A stretch of 64,000 bases of DNA. It comes from Macrostomum lignano. Lineage: Eukaryota. Both the position numbers and the translations under genes were made by a program. Below the pieces are notes generated by a model. It made no database searches, had not been told where the DNA came from, and saw only the letters and a list, made by a program, of their open reading frames with translations. The stretch lies in assembly GCA_002269645.1 (NCBI GenBank), contig NIVC01002239.1:220325-284324 (forward strand), written 5' to 3'. Shown here piece after piece: positions 1-11,822 of the stretch; the first letter of the stretch is position 1, and every line of letters begins with the position of its first letter.

Positions 1-863
1 ATCCTTTTACATCCTTCATTTTTCTGTCTTATTTATTTTTATGCAGAGTTGTTCAAAGACGTTTTTTGTGCTTGAAGAAGCATTATTTACCTAAATTACC
101 TAATTTCATATCTGTAGCAATAAAACGCAAGGCAAAATAGCTAAAAATAAAATTGTCATGAAAATGAAGCTGGTGATTTATAAAGTAGCTATCTTTAAAA
201 ATATTATGAATCCTAAAACTTAACTAAATTAAATTATTTTAATATGTACATGCATTAATTGTACCTTTGGAAGCCGTTGTTTTCCTGATAAAATATTTCG
301 AATTCTGATGAATATCAGAAAATTCGTAGAGAATAAAGAGTTGGATTTTTCAATAAAATTATGAATAGTGAATTATCCTATATAAAATACTTCCTATCTT
401 ATGAATAATTGTGTTAGTTAAATTGACGCTCGTCAATCTTTGAAAAAGATTGAATGCTGCCTTTGAATTTTTGAAGCACTCATATTTCGACAAAGCAGGT
501 AAAACAATAAGACCAAAAGACAATTTTTAGCTTGTAAATTCTCTGTTTAATAATTTAAACGAAAAGTTCCTACTGAATTATTCGATGCTCAAGGTAATAT
601 ACACTATGTATGAGAACATTCGCGCTAAACTAAAGATATTTTCATTATAGTTTACTTTAGCTGTGCGAAAAAGCATTCTTTGACTATCATCAAATGCACC
701 TGGGAGATAAATGTAAATTACGCTGAAAATCGCACCAGAGATAAAATACGTAGATAGCCACATCAGGTAGCCGCCACATCAGGTCGTCACCTCATGCAAA
801 GATACAATTAAAGCAGAATTTCCAACCTGAAGATGCGGAATTTTAGGACGGGTCGAATCGCGG

Positions 864-2231
864 CTATTCATCTTTGTCCTTTTCGAGCTCGTCGACTTCT
901 TCCTCCTCACCCTCGACGCTGTCAACGCCAACTTCTTCGTAATCCTTTTGCATGGACCCCAGGTCCTCCCGGGCCTCGGCGAACTCGCCCTCTTCCATGC
1001 CCTCGCCAACGTACCAGTGGACGAAGGCGCGCTTCGAATAAAGCAGATCGAACTTGTACGCCAGTCGGTCCCAGGCCTCTGCAATGGCGGTGGTGTTGCT
1101 CAGCATACAGACAGCGCGCGGCACCTTTGCCAGGTCCCCGCCTGGCACCGTGGTCGGCGGCTGATAGTTGATGCCCACCTTGAAGCCGGTGGGACACCAG
1201 TCAACAAACTGGATCTCACGCTTGCTCTTGATCTTCTGAATGGCTTCGTTCACGTCTTTCGATGAAACGTCACCGCGGTAAAGCAGACAGCAGGCCATGT
1301 ACTTTCCGTGCCGCGGATCGCACTTCACCATCTGATTGGAGGCCTCGAAGCAGGCGTTGGTAATCTCCTTCACTTTCAGTTGCTCATGGTGAGCCTTCTC
1401 GGTTGAGATAATTGGGGCGTACGTTGCTAGTGGGAAATGAATTTTCGGGTAAGGCACAAGGTTGGTTTGGAACTCGGTGATGTCAACATTGAGAGAGCCA
1501 TCGAAGCGAAGCGACACCGTGATAGAGGAGACAATCTGACTGATAATGCGGTTCAAGTTTGTGTAGGTTGGCCGTTCAACGTCAAGGTTGCGCCGGCAGA
1601 TGTCGTATATGGCCTCGTTGTCAACCATGAAAGCGCAGTCCGAGTGTCGCAGGGTGCCGTGAGTGCATAGAATTGCGTTGAACGGTTCCACCACGGCTGT
1701 GGACACTTGGGGCGCCGGATAGACGGCAAACTGCAGCTTCGCTCGCTTTCCGTACTCAGAAGAGAGCTTGTCCATGAGCAGCGAGGTGAAGCCGGCTCCA
1801 GTGCCACCGCCGAACGAGTGAAACACCAGAAAGCCCTGCAGGCCGGCGCAGTTCTCCGCTACTCGGTTGATGACCTCGCGAACGCTGCTCACGACTTCTT
1901 TGCCGATGGTGTAGTGGCCGCGTGCGTAGTTGTTCGCTGCATCCTCCTTGCCAGTGATGAGCTGCTCCGGGTGAAACAACTGCCGGTAGGTGCCGGAGCG
2001 CACCTCGTCAAGGACGGTCGGCTCCAGGTCAACAAAGACAGTCCGAGGCACGTAGTGACCGGAGCTGGTCTCCGAGAAAAATGCGTTGTAAGAGTCGTCG
2101 CACTTCTCTCTACCAGCGGAAGCCATCAGGCCGTCTGGTTGGATACCATGCTCTAAGCAATAAAGCTCCCAGCACGCGTTGCCAATCTGCACTCCCGCTT
2201 GGCCAACGTGTATGGAGATGCACTCGCGCAT
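864..2231 (-). CDS. TUBA: Alpha-tubulin, intronless, divergent (455 aa)
   Basis: [29 protein letters not shown] start, GGGTGAG tubulin signature, [17 protein letters not shown]-terminus; single uninterrupted ORF. Confidence 0.98.
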   Translation of the reverse strand: MRECISIHVGQAGVQIGNACWELYCLEHGIQPDGLMASAGREKCDDSYNAFFSETSSGHYVPRTVFVDLEPTVLDEVRSGTYRQLFHPEQLITGKEDAANNYARGHYTIGKEVVSSVREVINRVAENCAGLQGFLVFHSFGGGTGAGFTSLLMDKLSSEYGKRAKLQFAVYPAPQVSTAVVEPFNAILCTHGTLRHSDCAFMVDNEAIYDICRRNLDVERPTYTNLNRIISQIVSSITVSLRFDGSLNVDITEFQTNLVPYPKIHFPLATYAPIISTEKAHHEQLKVKEITNACFEASNQMVKCDPRHGKYMACCLLYRGDVSSKDVNEAIQKIKSKREIQFVDWCPTGFKVGINYQPPTTVPGGDLAKVPRAVCMLSNTTAIAEAWDRLAYKFDLLYSKRAFVHWYVGEGMEEGEFAEAREDLGSMQKDYEEVGVDSVEGEEEEVDELEKDKDE

Positions 2232-2588
2232 TTTGCTTTTGATTCGATAAACTAAAATTAGCAGTATAGCCTACATCAGTAAATTCCTGAGCCGGTCTTG
2301 GGCACAAGTGCATGTTTAATGCGATTCCATTATCAAATAATACAGGTTGATAAAATCCCCAGGTGTCTATGGCTGCAGCTGGCTTCTCTCTTCCGGGGGC
2401 ACGCGGATCCAGTTTATTTTCGGCATCCTGACTCTGTACTCAGCCGTCTATGGCTCTTAACAGACCACATTCCATGCAAATGCAAATTCAGTTAGAAATT
2501 ATGGGTAAACAACTACTGAAGCTGCATAGCAGTTCTGTGTTGATGTGCTGAATCTATCAACGAAATACGTTCGAAAATCTCCAGCACT

Positions 2589-5542
2589 ATGGACGATTTC
2601 AACAATGACTCCTGGAGGTGGCTTCTCTCCCGTAGCGAGCGTGACAATGAGTCGATATATGACTGGGTAAGCGAAAAGTCCTGAAAACTTGGGACTTACA
2701 GTGAAAGAACTGTCAAAAGTGACTCTATGCTAATTACATTTAAAGCTATTCGTTTCCATTGCAACAAGGCAATCTCTTATTTCTTATAGTCACGACCAGA
2801 AATTTTTCAATACGAAGCGAAGCGTGCGGGTACAAGCAGGAACAACAGCAACACGGTCTCTGGAGGCGGCATCCGGGATGTGCAGGTTCACAAGTCTAAG
2901 TCAGGCAAGGAGACGCGCGTCGAGACTGAACTGCAGAGCAGCGGAATGGCCACTGACCTCAACATCAACATAATCATGGACAGCGACTCGAATATGTCCA
3001 ATGTGTGAGTTCCAACTTTTTAGCCCTATGATACTTTACAGAAATACTGAAAGAACACTAAGACAAAGAGGGGCGCTTCTGGAATTCGAGTGAATGCAAG
3101 TAATATTTGTCCATCAGATGTGGCAAATTTAAAACTTTCGATCACTGTTGCTGTTGCATGTATATCAATAATATAAATACAAGTAAATGATTCTTCACTT
3201 ACGCAACATTTGTTAAAGAAAATTATTACAAAAAACTCGTGATAGGATTGTTGCAACAAAGACCACACTTACATAACAACAACAGCTATTCTTATCTTTC
3301 GTTTTTATTGCACTTGTCCTCTCAAGGGTTGGCAACTCGCTGGAGTACGAATCGCTGGACCAGCAGCGGCCCTCGGACGAGACTCCAACGCCCGTGAGTG
3401 AGGAAGGCGGCGGTGCCGACGGAGGCGGTAGTGCAGGCGGTGCGAAACCCGGCGACGAAGGGGGAGGAGCTGAGGGCGGCGGCGGCCTGACCAGCGAGTG
3501 GGCCGCGGTTCCGAACCTCGGCGGCGAGCAGCTCAGCGAGTCCAGCAGCGAGCATGGCGAAGTCATTGAAGCGGCTGGCGCCGAACCCTCCGGCCAGCCC
3601 ATGGAGAGCGATGACGATGTTGATGACGGCGGCGATGAGGAGGAGGGCGAGGGCGATATGGACGACGCCATGAGGCACTTCCAGCGGTACCTGGACGGCG
3701 AGAAGATTGACGCTCTGCGCGGGCCTAGCAAGGATGACGACGCCAAGGACACACTGAAGAAGCTGCCCACAGGGCACCTGGAGAAGGAGGGCGTGGTAAT
3801 CGGATGCATGAGCGTGTTTGCCGACGTGCACATCAAGGAGTTCATAGTCATGCTGTCCGACGATATGATCCAGGCGTTTCTGGTCGACCCGGAACGATTT
3901 CGTTCTGTGGCAAATCGAACCAAATGCGAAATTGAGGTAAGAGACTACACGAGTACTTGGATAGCTGTTGCACTAAAACTTAAAAAAGCTAATATTTTCC
4001 TTTCGAAACTGAATCTTAAACTACTTCTTTTTCTTCGAGTTTCCAGTAGTAGCGGAAACTACCAGATTTGTGTCGGTGCCAATTTAGCCCTCTGGAAAGG
4101 CTCGCTAAATCGCTCTTTTTGATTCAGTAATGACAATATATGAAATACGGTGTTTTCTGATATTCGCAATAGAACAGTAAATATAGGTTATATTGAGCAC
4201 TGCTTACAACCAGATGCCACTTAACTTGTCCTCATTACTGCGCACTGGTTCGCTCAATCAGGTGACTCGGCGCATCTTGAACCGGCGCATGGGCAAATAC
4301 CGCTGGCTGAAGTACCTGGTGGTGATCATCCGCGGTCCGAGCTACTCCTCCATCGACCAGTGCGACAAGATGATGAGCCTTCTGTTCCCGCCCTACAAAT
4401 GGCGCAAGCCCTACGGAGCCCCGGCCGCGGTGTCCATGTTCCTGAAGGAGAACACGCCCGACAACACGGATCTGTACTTCAACTACCAGCGCACCGGCCC
4501 CTGCCAGCGAATGTTCGGCGAGATCTCCCTTCGGGCTCCGTTCCGCAAGACCAAGTCCAGGCCGGTGGAGCAGACGCCTTGGAAGATGGTGCAGAAGCGC
4601 CAGCAGTGGGGAGTCTTGGAGCCAAAGAACGACAGAATGGAGGTCAGTTTTCTTACAGCGTATCCACTAATTTTAGTTCATCTTCTGAGTATTTAAGGCA
4701 TTCCCCACTGATTGGTTAGTTTTGAAAAGCTTTTAAGCCGCGTTTTACGTTGAGCTTTTAGCGTACTAACAAGACTAGCAATCTAGTGCCCCCATTCGGG
4801 GCGCCCAATAAGCAAAGAGCAAAAATTATTTATGGAAAACAATTAAAAAAAGCACATTTTCTTAAGAACCGATTCCTTCTTCAGTTTTAGAAATCACCTT
4901 ATTCAACTAAAATTGTCACGGACAAATTTGTTTGCTATGATTCTTTTTATCTAAAATTAAAAAAAGACGACAAATAAAACTTTCACAAAGATAACAGACA
5001 TTCCCCTTAGTAAGTATCGATAGCAAGTATCGATCCCCAGATAGCAAGCACCCTCACCCTCCAAGAGTAAGCAACCGCAGATAGCAAGTACCCACCCAGA
5101 TAGCAAGCATCCTGCAGACAGCAAGCATCCCCCAGATAGCAAGCATCCTGCAGGCAGCAAGCTGCAAAATAGATCAAAATAGATCACACATACCGTCATC
5201 CTGCAAAATAGATCACACATACCGACAGACAGACATACCGACAAACCACTTTTAGTTTAGCGTACGTACGCACGTACAAGATTATTTAGTTGTAAATAGT
5301 AAAGCCATACTTGGAGTAAATGTAGTAATTATATGCAATGAATATTGCAGCGCCTGCTCAACCACGTGTATCCGGAGCGGGGCGGCTCCACATCGCAAGC
5401 CATGGACCAGAACATCAAGTGGGCGGACGCGGCCGTACAGGCGGTGGAGATGAGCAAGGCGCGGGACCTGGCCCGCTCCCAGATGCTGCAGTCGAGGCGC
5501 CTGGAGAGCGAGCCGCTCTACGCCAGGGCGGTGGGCGAATAG
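2589..5542 (+). CDS. Uncharacterised 5-exon protein (~507 aa), acidic low-complexity region plus possible degenerate KH-like domain
   Basis: Exons 2589-2666, 2790-3004, 3327-3936, 4214-4642, 5351-5542; all GT-AG with phases 0,2,0,0 consistent and GC3-rich codons. The KH resemblance (IKEFIVMLSDD...VANRTKCEIEMP...VVIIRGPSYSSIDQCDKMM) is by eye only. Confidence 0.8.
5030..5235. repeat. Degenerate short tandem repeat (cagatagcaagcat-like) in intron 4 of the KH-like gene
   Basis: Several copies of agatagcaag / gcaagcatcctgcag and a duplicated aaaatagatcacacataccg. Confidence 0.6.
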
Positions 5543-6634
5543 TCTCGGCACTGAGGCAGAGATTTGGGATTTGGGAGAAGGAACGTGATACAATTATTAT
5601 ATTGAGGCCGTTCCACTGGAAAAGTATGACGTGGCAACTCAATCCAGAGATAGCGGTCTGCCGCTGGCTTCACTGGATTAATTGCTTTCGCGCGAGCTGA
5701 CTCTAAAATAGATTAGTAGATTCCCCCCAAGCGTCAGTATTCTACCTCAGGTCATCTTAGCAGCATTAGTTTATGGTGCGTACGCTTTGGTTGAATACGC
5801 AACTTTACTGCACTCCTCAACACTGCAGACCACGCATTCTCCATTTTCGTCCTACTTATTTTGCACTAATTATTGCGAAATACATGTTCGCACTGTTTTA
5901 GTACATTTTGCTCTTATTTTTTTCAACTATTACAGCAGTCTGTGCTAAAAATAAACACTTTAGCCGACTCGAAAACGGCAGTCGCGAGCGCCTCAGTAAT
6001 AGCTCGAGCAGCCACGGTAGGGCTTACTATAGTTTTAAACTGGTTCCGACCGTTTGATTCTGTCTGTCCTGTTGCTGCAACTGGACGGTGGTGTGGCGAA
6101 ACCTGGACGTAGGCTGTACTGAGCCGGGTGTTAACCCAGAAGTTGACACTTTCAGCATAGAAAAGGATTGAATCAGAAGTAAAAATGTGAACTTCGTTGT
6201 CTTTACTGTCGGATGCTTCTCAACGAGAGTCCTGACGTCGGTACACACGTCTGTGTTTTGCATTCGGTATACATTTTAACGCCATCGCAAAGAAACAGGA
6301 AGCGAGACAGATCCGGACCTGAACCGTATTGAAAGTTACGAATCGGCAATATATCCTACATACTACTTCGAGTAGCCACTACTGATAAAGCGATCATGCC
6401 AACTGATGTTCCCGGGCCCTGATCAAATCTTACCGCAAATCAGCCAGTCACGCGCCAGTAGAAAAACATTTCCACCGAATCTCTGCGTGCCTTCTTCTGC
6501 AGTTTGTGCAACCAATAGGAAATCAGCTCGGGATGGAGGCTCAGAACAGCCTTGGATGCTTAAAAATATCTTGTTTTTAGCTCGTACACTGTGGTCGTTG
6601 TAAGTCTGTGAAGAATGTCCTCATCCCCAGCGTC

Positions 6635-9600
6635 ATGGGCCTTCTGCGACTCTGTCTGGAGACGTTTATCGAGCGCACCTCCATGCGAGGCTTCCGGGGC
6701 TTCTACCGCGCACCCGTGACCGGCCTCCGGGTGCTCTGGCTGGTCTACCTCATCTCCATGGCAACGCTGCTGCTCAGCAGCGTCTACTACTTGGTGTTTG
6801 AATACCTGGACTATCACGTGACCGTGCAAGAGAGTGATCGAGTACAGCACGTAACGCCGTTGCCCGCCATCTGCGAGTGCAGCCAGGGTCCCATCGGGTT
6901 CGCCGCGGCGGGACTCTGGCAGTCCGGCCGAGTGAACTCGCCGGGTCAGCTCAACCAGGTGACGCAAGCTATGGGTCAGGAGGGAAACAACAGCTGCGCG
7001 AGAAACCCTTGGTGTCATTTTTTAGCAATCATAAGCATCGGACTCTCGCTTAGAAGCAGCCAAAAGACATAAAATTTAGACTTTTCGTTCGAAATGTATC
7101 CAAAAAGATCCAAGTTTAGAGTTTCTGTTCACCATGTGCAATAAAACCAGTCGATGTTTATGGGACTGGGTCATAATAAAACAAGAACCCTACACCAGTG
7201 AATCCAGATTCCTCACTACAACGGCGAAAAATTTCCGATGCCGATAAAACTTGAAGCTCTGGTCTGAGTTTTTTTCAAGTGAAATACTATGACACAATGC
7301 TTACACTCAGGGAAAATTTATGGTTTACAACAAACACACTTCGCTGCTGCTCATTTCAATAGGAGTTGCGCGCCAGCATGCTGAGCGCTTACTGGGCCGG
7401 CAACCTGCCCGCCGCCAAGGAGCTGTTCTTCACGGACAAGCTGTCCACGTACTTCCAGAACCTGGGCGTGGACGAGGCTCGTTCAGTCGGCTTGCGACCG
7501 GAGGAGATGGTGCTGCTGTGTTTGATTCGCCACTCCAAGAACAACAACCATCTGTGAGCCACGACGAGACCTGCCGGATGACCATTTAGCTGGTGCGGCA
7601 CCCGCTGTACCTGAACTGCTACGACATTGCCATTGATGAGTCCGACTCGCCTCAGGTGGGAAACAAATTTCTCTGGGTAGCGCTTTGTTATTATTGAAGG
7701 CGGTGCGGTGTTTACCTTCAAGCAGGGCTTTGAAGGCACCATGCGGACGTGTGGCTCCTGTTCCAAACCCAAATGTCAAACCTTGTTTTAGCTAAAATAA
7801 TTATGGAAAAACTCGCTAACGTCCTACCTAGGTGGGTTGAAAGTAACTTCGTAGCCATGGGTTTACTTGATCCAGGTGCGCGTATTGTGGGATGAATAAT
7901 TTTGACCTTTATGAAGTTAACTAGGATTTCACAAACAAGTGGTGCTAACACGCCATTTGTGCTGGCTCGTACTTCATGGAAGCGCGCGCACAGTAGACAT
8001 AGTTTAGTGTTAAACAGACTATCGGGAATTGAGGCGTAGCACTTGACTTGGAACAGCACACGAAAGCGATTCGTGTGAACAAATTAACAGAGGGTATTAC
8101 TGGGCTCTAGTTCAGTTATGCGAAAAAATTTCTGTTAGAATTAAGATCCTACGACCCTATCGATCGATTATCATTGGTGAACGTCTCATGCTATAAATTA
8201 TCGTTATGATTCGTGTCAGGTGAGCTCCGTCGTCTCTCTGGTGCAGCAGTCCGGTGACCTTCTCAAGCCGCAGGGTGATGAGGATGCAGACAGCGGCTCA
8301 GGAAGCAGCAGCACAGACAGCAATGGCCAGCAAGAAGCAGAGCACTTCCGGACCCACGTGCATGACGTGTTCACCCAGGCGCTGGGCATGCGGGTGACGT
8401 TGCACGAGCCCGGAACGCATCCGGACAACGACAGGCACGGCGTCAGCGTTGGTCTTCAGCAGAACTCGGAGCTGCGTTATCGTCTTGTTCAACGGCGACG
8501 GCTCAGCGTTGGCGGTCGCAGCTCGGACGATGCGGAGTCAGTCGAACTGTCCGGAGGCTGCAGTCCGGAAACTCCGGAGAGGCAACTGCGTGACTTTGAT
8601 CAGGTGTACCGGTACACATTCACTGGCTGCATGAGCGAAGCCATCGGCCGGCTCATTCTTGCTGAATGCGGCTGCGTGTCGGCCTTTCACCTGGTCGCCA
8701 GCCCGCCGAATGCCACGCATCCGTTCTGTCACTTGCACGACCAGTTTCTGGGGCGACGGCTGAACTGCGTCCGGGACATCCTGCTGCCCACCCGGATAGC
8801 GAAGCTTCGCTCGCAGCACTGCCCACAGAGGTGCAACTTCAACCGCTACGAGCTGCAGGCGAGCTCAGCCCGCTGGAAACCTTCGGCTTCACAACTGCGT
8901 CTGGCATTGAATGTCACGCATTCCTGGGAGGTGCTGGCGAGTCAAAACGTCAGGTACAGCCACCGCGAGGCGGCAGATCGGACTCTGGAGACCTACCTTA
9001 GCACGAAACGAAAATCTGCGATGAGGTGAGAGATGCTTCTACGAGTATATTGTTTACCTGAATAGCCTGCTGGCTGACGCCGGCACCCCGGACACTGCCG
9101 GTGGCGCGGCCTTTGTTCGCGCCCAAGCCATGAAGCGCGCCCAAGCCATGAAGCGCGCCCTGTGACGCTGACTTTTGCCATCCTGACAGCGTATTTTGTT
9201 GTTGTTGTTGTTACCTGAATAATTTGAAAGCAATAAGCTGAATAACAATAAACAAAAAATTGCATTGCATTTACTCTACGATTGCTATGCTGCGATCAGA
9301 GCCTCTCAACAGAGCAGCAGTGATGAGGCGGAGCGCAAGCAGCGGCTGAAGCTGAAGAAGCTGACCCTGGTGACTGTGAGCCGTAGCTCATACGACACTC
9401 TCTTGCGCACGGAGGTTCTGCAGATCACGCTGCCGGCACTGCTGGCTCGAATCGGCGGCCTCGGCTCGCTGACCATCGGCTGCACCCTGGCGGTGGCCTT
9501 TGAACTCATCGAGCTGGTCTGCCTGACGGCGATGCGGTCGCGAGAGACGAGAGGTCAGAAGCAGATGAACCTGCGGCGAAGGTCTGGTCCGCTACCCAGC

Positions 9601-9639
9601 GACCCACTGGCGGCCGCGCAAGTAGAAGCACTTGTGTGA
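6635..9639 (+). CDS. DEG/ENaC (amiloride-sensitive channel family) subunit, divergent; possibly pseudogene or assembly error
   Basis: Pre-TM1 FIERTSMRGF, TM1, PAICECSQGP (PAVTxCNxNP-like), HPLYLNCY, GMRVTLHEPG, Cys-rich ECGC...C...CPQRC, TM2 RIGGLGSLTIGCTLAVAFELIE. Exons about 6635-6958, 7363-7655, 8220-9025, 9300-9639. Exon 2 needs a 1-nt frameshift near 7550 and has an in-frame TAG at 7587-7589. Confidence 0.85.
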
Positions 9640-10635
9640 CTGCTGATACGCTTTATATGTCGCTGGCATACCATATAATACGACCAGATTACTGTTTCTG
9701 GGTTTGAAAACCCTTCGGCTGCGATCCTGGGAGTCACAAACAAACCAAATCATGTTTATCAGAGCGAGCAGTTTCCTGTGACTTGTATATTTTTAACTCC
9801 TTCAGCTTGATTTTGTTTGAAATTAAACCAGAACTCTTATCAAATTGAATCACTATGGCGTATTTTTACTCTGCACTCTTGTTTTGGTGTCTTGCAGCAA
9901 CCCGAGATCTGAGCTGAATCAAATTCGCATTTAGTCTTAGACTGCGCAGCTATCTATAGATTCTTTAACTTCGGTCAACTCAATGCATTTATAATGTGAA
10001 ATGTAGGACCAAAACTTATCCAGCACTCTATCTAGTTACCACGGCGTTCTATTCAAGCCTATCGAAGATCTAGAAAAGCCCGAAACTTACGAACGTAAAT
10101 GTGTAAGTGTCAGCTTGGGGAAGCAAGGACATACTAGACTAGAATGAAGTGTTCCTAGTGGCCCTTCAGGGGAAGGCCAAACTTAATTTACAGCTGAAAC
10201 TCCGGCTCCAAGATCTGCCCAAGCCTCTCCGTGAACCTTTTGCAGCTTCCTAACGCAGCTAATGCACTATCCAGTGAAATCTAGATTCCCGATCTCGAAA
10301 GTCCCTAACCAAAAAATAATGCTGTCGTGTCTGGAAGTTGAAGTCCAACAAAAATTCCAGGGGCATGTTTCGCAGATCCTCTACTGCAAAATGGCTTATT
10401 CTCGGGAGGCCAGAAATTCAAAAATAGGACGCCGCAGAGGACGTTTCCGTCATGCTCTCGAGGCACGCTGATTAGCGAGGGTTCCCGATGTACTTTTAGC
10501 CTATCTGGATTGCCGGTGTCATCCAGTATCCAATTTCTGAAAATTCTGGTAACTTAGGAAACAAAAAAGAAGTAAGGAATGACTCCACTGCTTTCCTCAG
10601 ATCAGTCTGTCTGTCTGTCTGTCTGTCCGTCTAAT

Positions 10636-10651
10636 AAATCAACAAATCAAC

Positions 10652-10682
<31 letters not shown>

Positions 10683-10701
10683 ACAATCAATCAATTAATC
10701 A

Positions 10702-10735
<34 letters not shown>

Positions 10736-10740
10736 CCAAC

Positions 10741-10808
<68 letters not shown>

Positions 10809-10814
10809 TAATCA

Positions 10815-10869
<55 letters not shown>

Positions 10870-10886
10870 TAATCAAATCAATCAAC

Positions 10887-10918
<32 letters not shown>

Positions 10919-10941
10919 TAATCAAATCAATCAACCAACCT

Positions 10942-10983
<42 letters not shown>

Positions 10984-11000
10984 TAATCAAATCAATCAAC

Positions 11001-11071
<71 letters not shown>

Positions 11072-11154
11072 CCAATCAATCAACCAATCAATCAAACAAT
11101 CAATTAATCAGTCAATCAATCAATCAAATGAATGAATGAATGAATGAATGAATG

Positions 11155-11207
<53 letters not shown>

Positions 11208-11269
11208 GTCAATCAATCAATCAATCAATCAAATCAAAAAATCAAAAAATCAAAAAATCAATAATTCAC

Positions 11270-11306
<37 letters not shown>

Positions 11307-11545
11307 TGAATGAATGAATGAATGAATGAATGAATGAATGAATCAATCAATCAATCAATCAATCAGTCAATCAATCAATCAATTAATAAATCAAACAATC
11401 AATCAACCAAATGATCAATCAATCAATCAATCAAACAATCAATTAATCAATCAATCAACAAATCAACCAATCAACCAATCAATCAATCACACATTAATAA
11501 ATCAGCAAATTAATCAACAAATTAATCAATCTAACAACCAAGCAA
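10636..11545. repeat. (AATC)n tetranucleotide microsatellite, ~900 bp, with (GAAT)n islets
   Basis: Direct reading; GAAT runs at ~11128-11157 and ~11306-11342; short (CTGT)n run just upstream. Confidence 0.98.
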
Positions 11546-11822
11546 TCATTGATTGCTTAACAGGTCAAAGGGCCTACCTTGAATCGTTTTCTTTAACTCT
11601 TACCGTTTGCGATGTTAATTAATGTTTTTCAGAGTGCCAAAGACTCCGCACTACACTTCATAGCGCAATAAACCCATGCGTTTGCCTTCAATTTATTTTT
11701 CTGTTATGCGTTATGCGGTTTAGCAAAAAAACAAGATAAGTTGCTTTTGTTTGGCTGCTTTGCTATCCGTTAGTGAAAAAAAAATTACCAAGAATTTATT
11801 TCAAGAAAGAATTTCGCGCAGG

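Noticed and set aside
6620-6637. Acceptor-like cctcatccccag just before the ENaC ATG (and aattgcag before the SBNO ATG) as spliced-leader trans-splice sites
   Set aside because: Cannot be told from cis-splicing to an unseen 5' UTR exon without transcript data.
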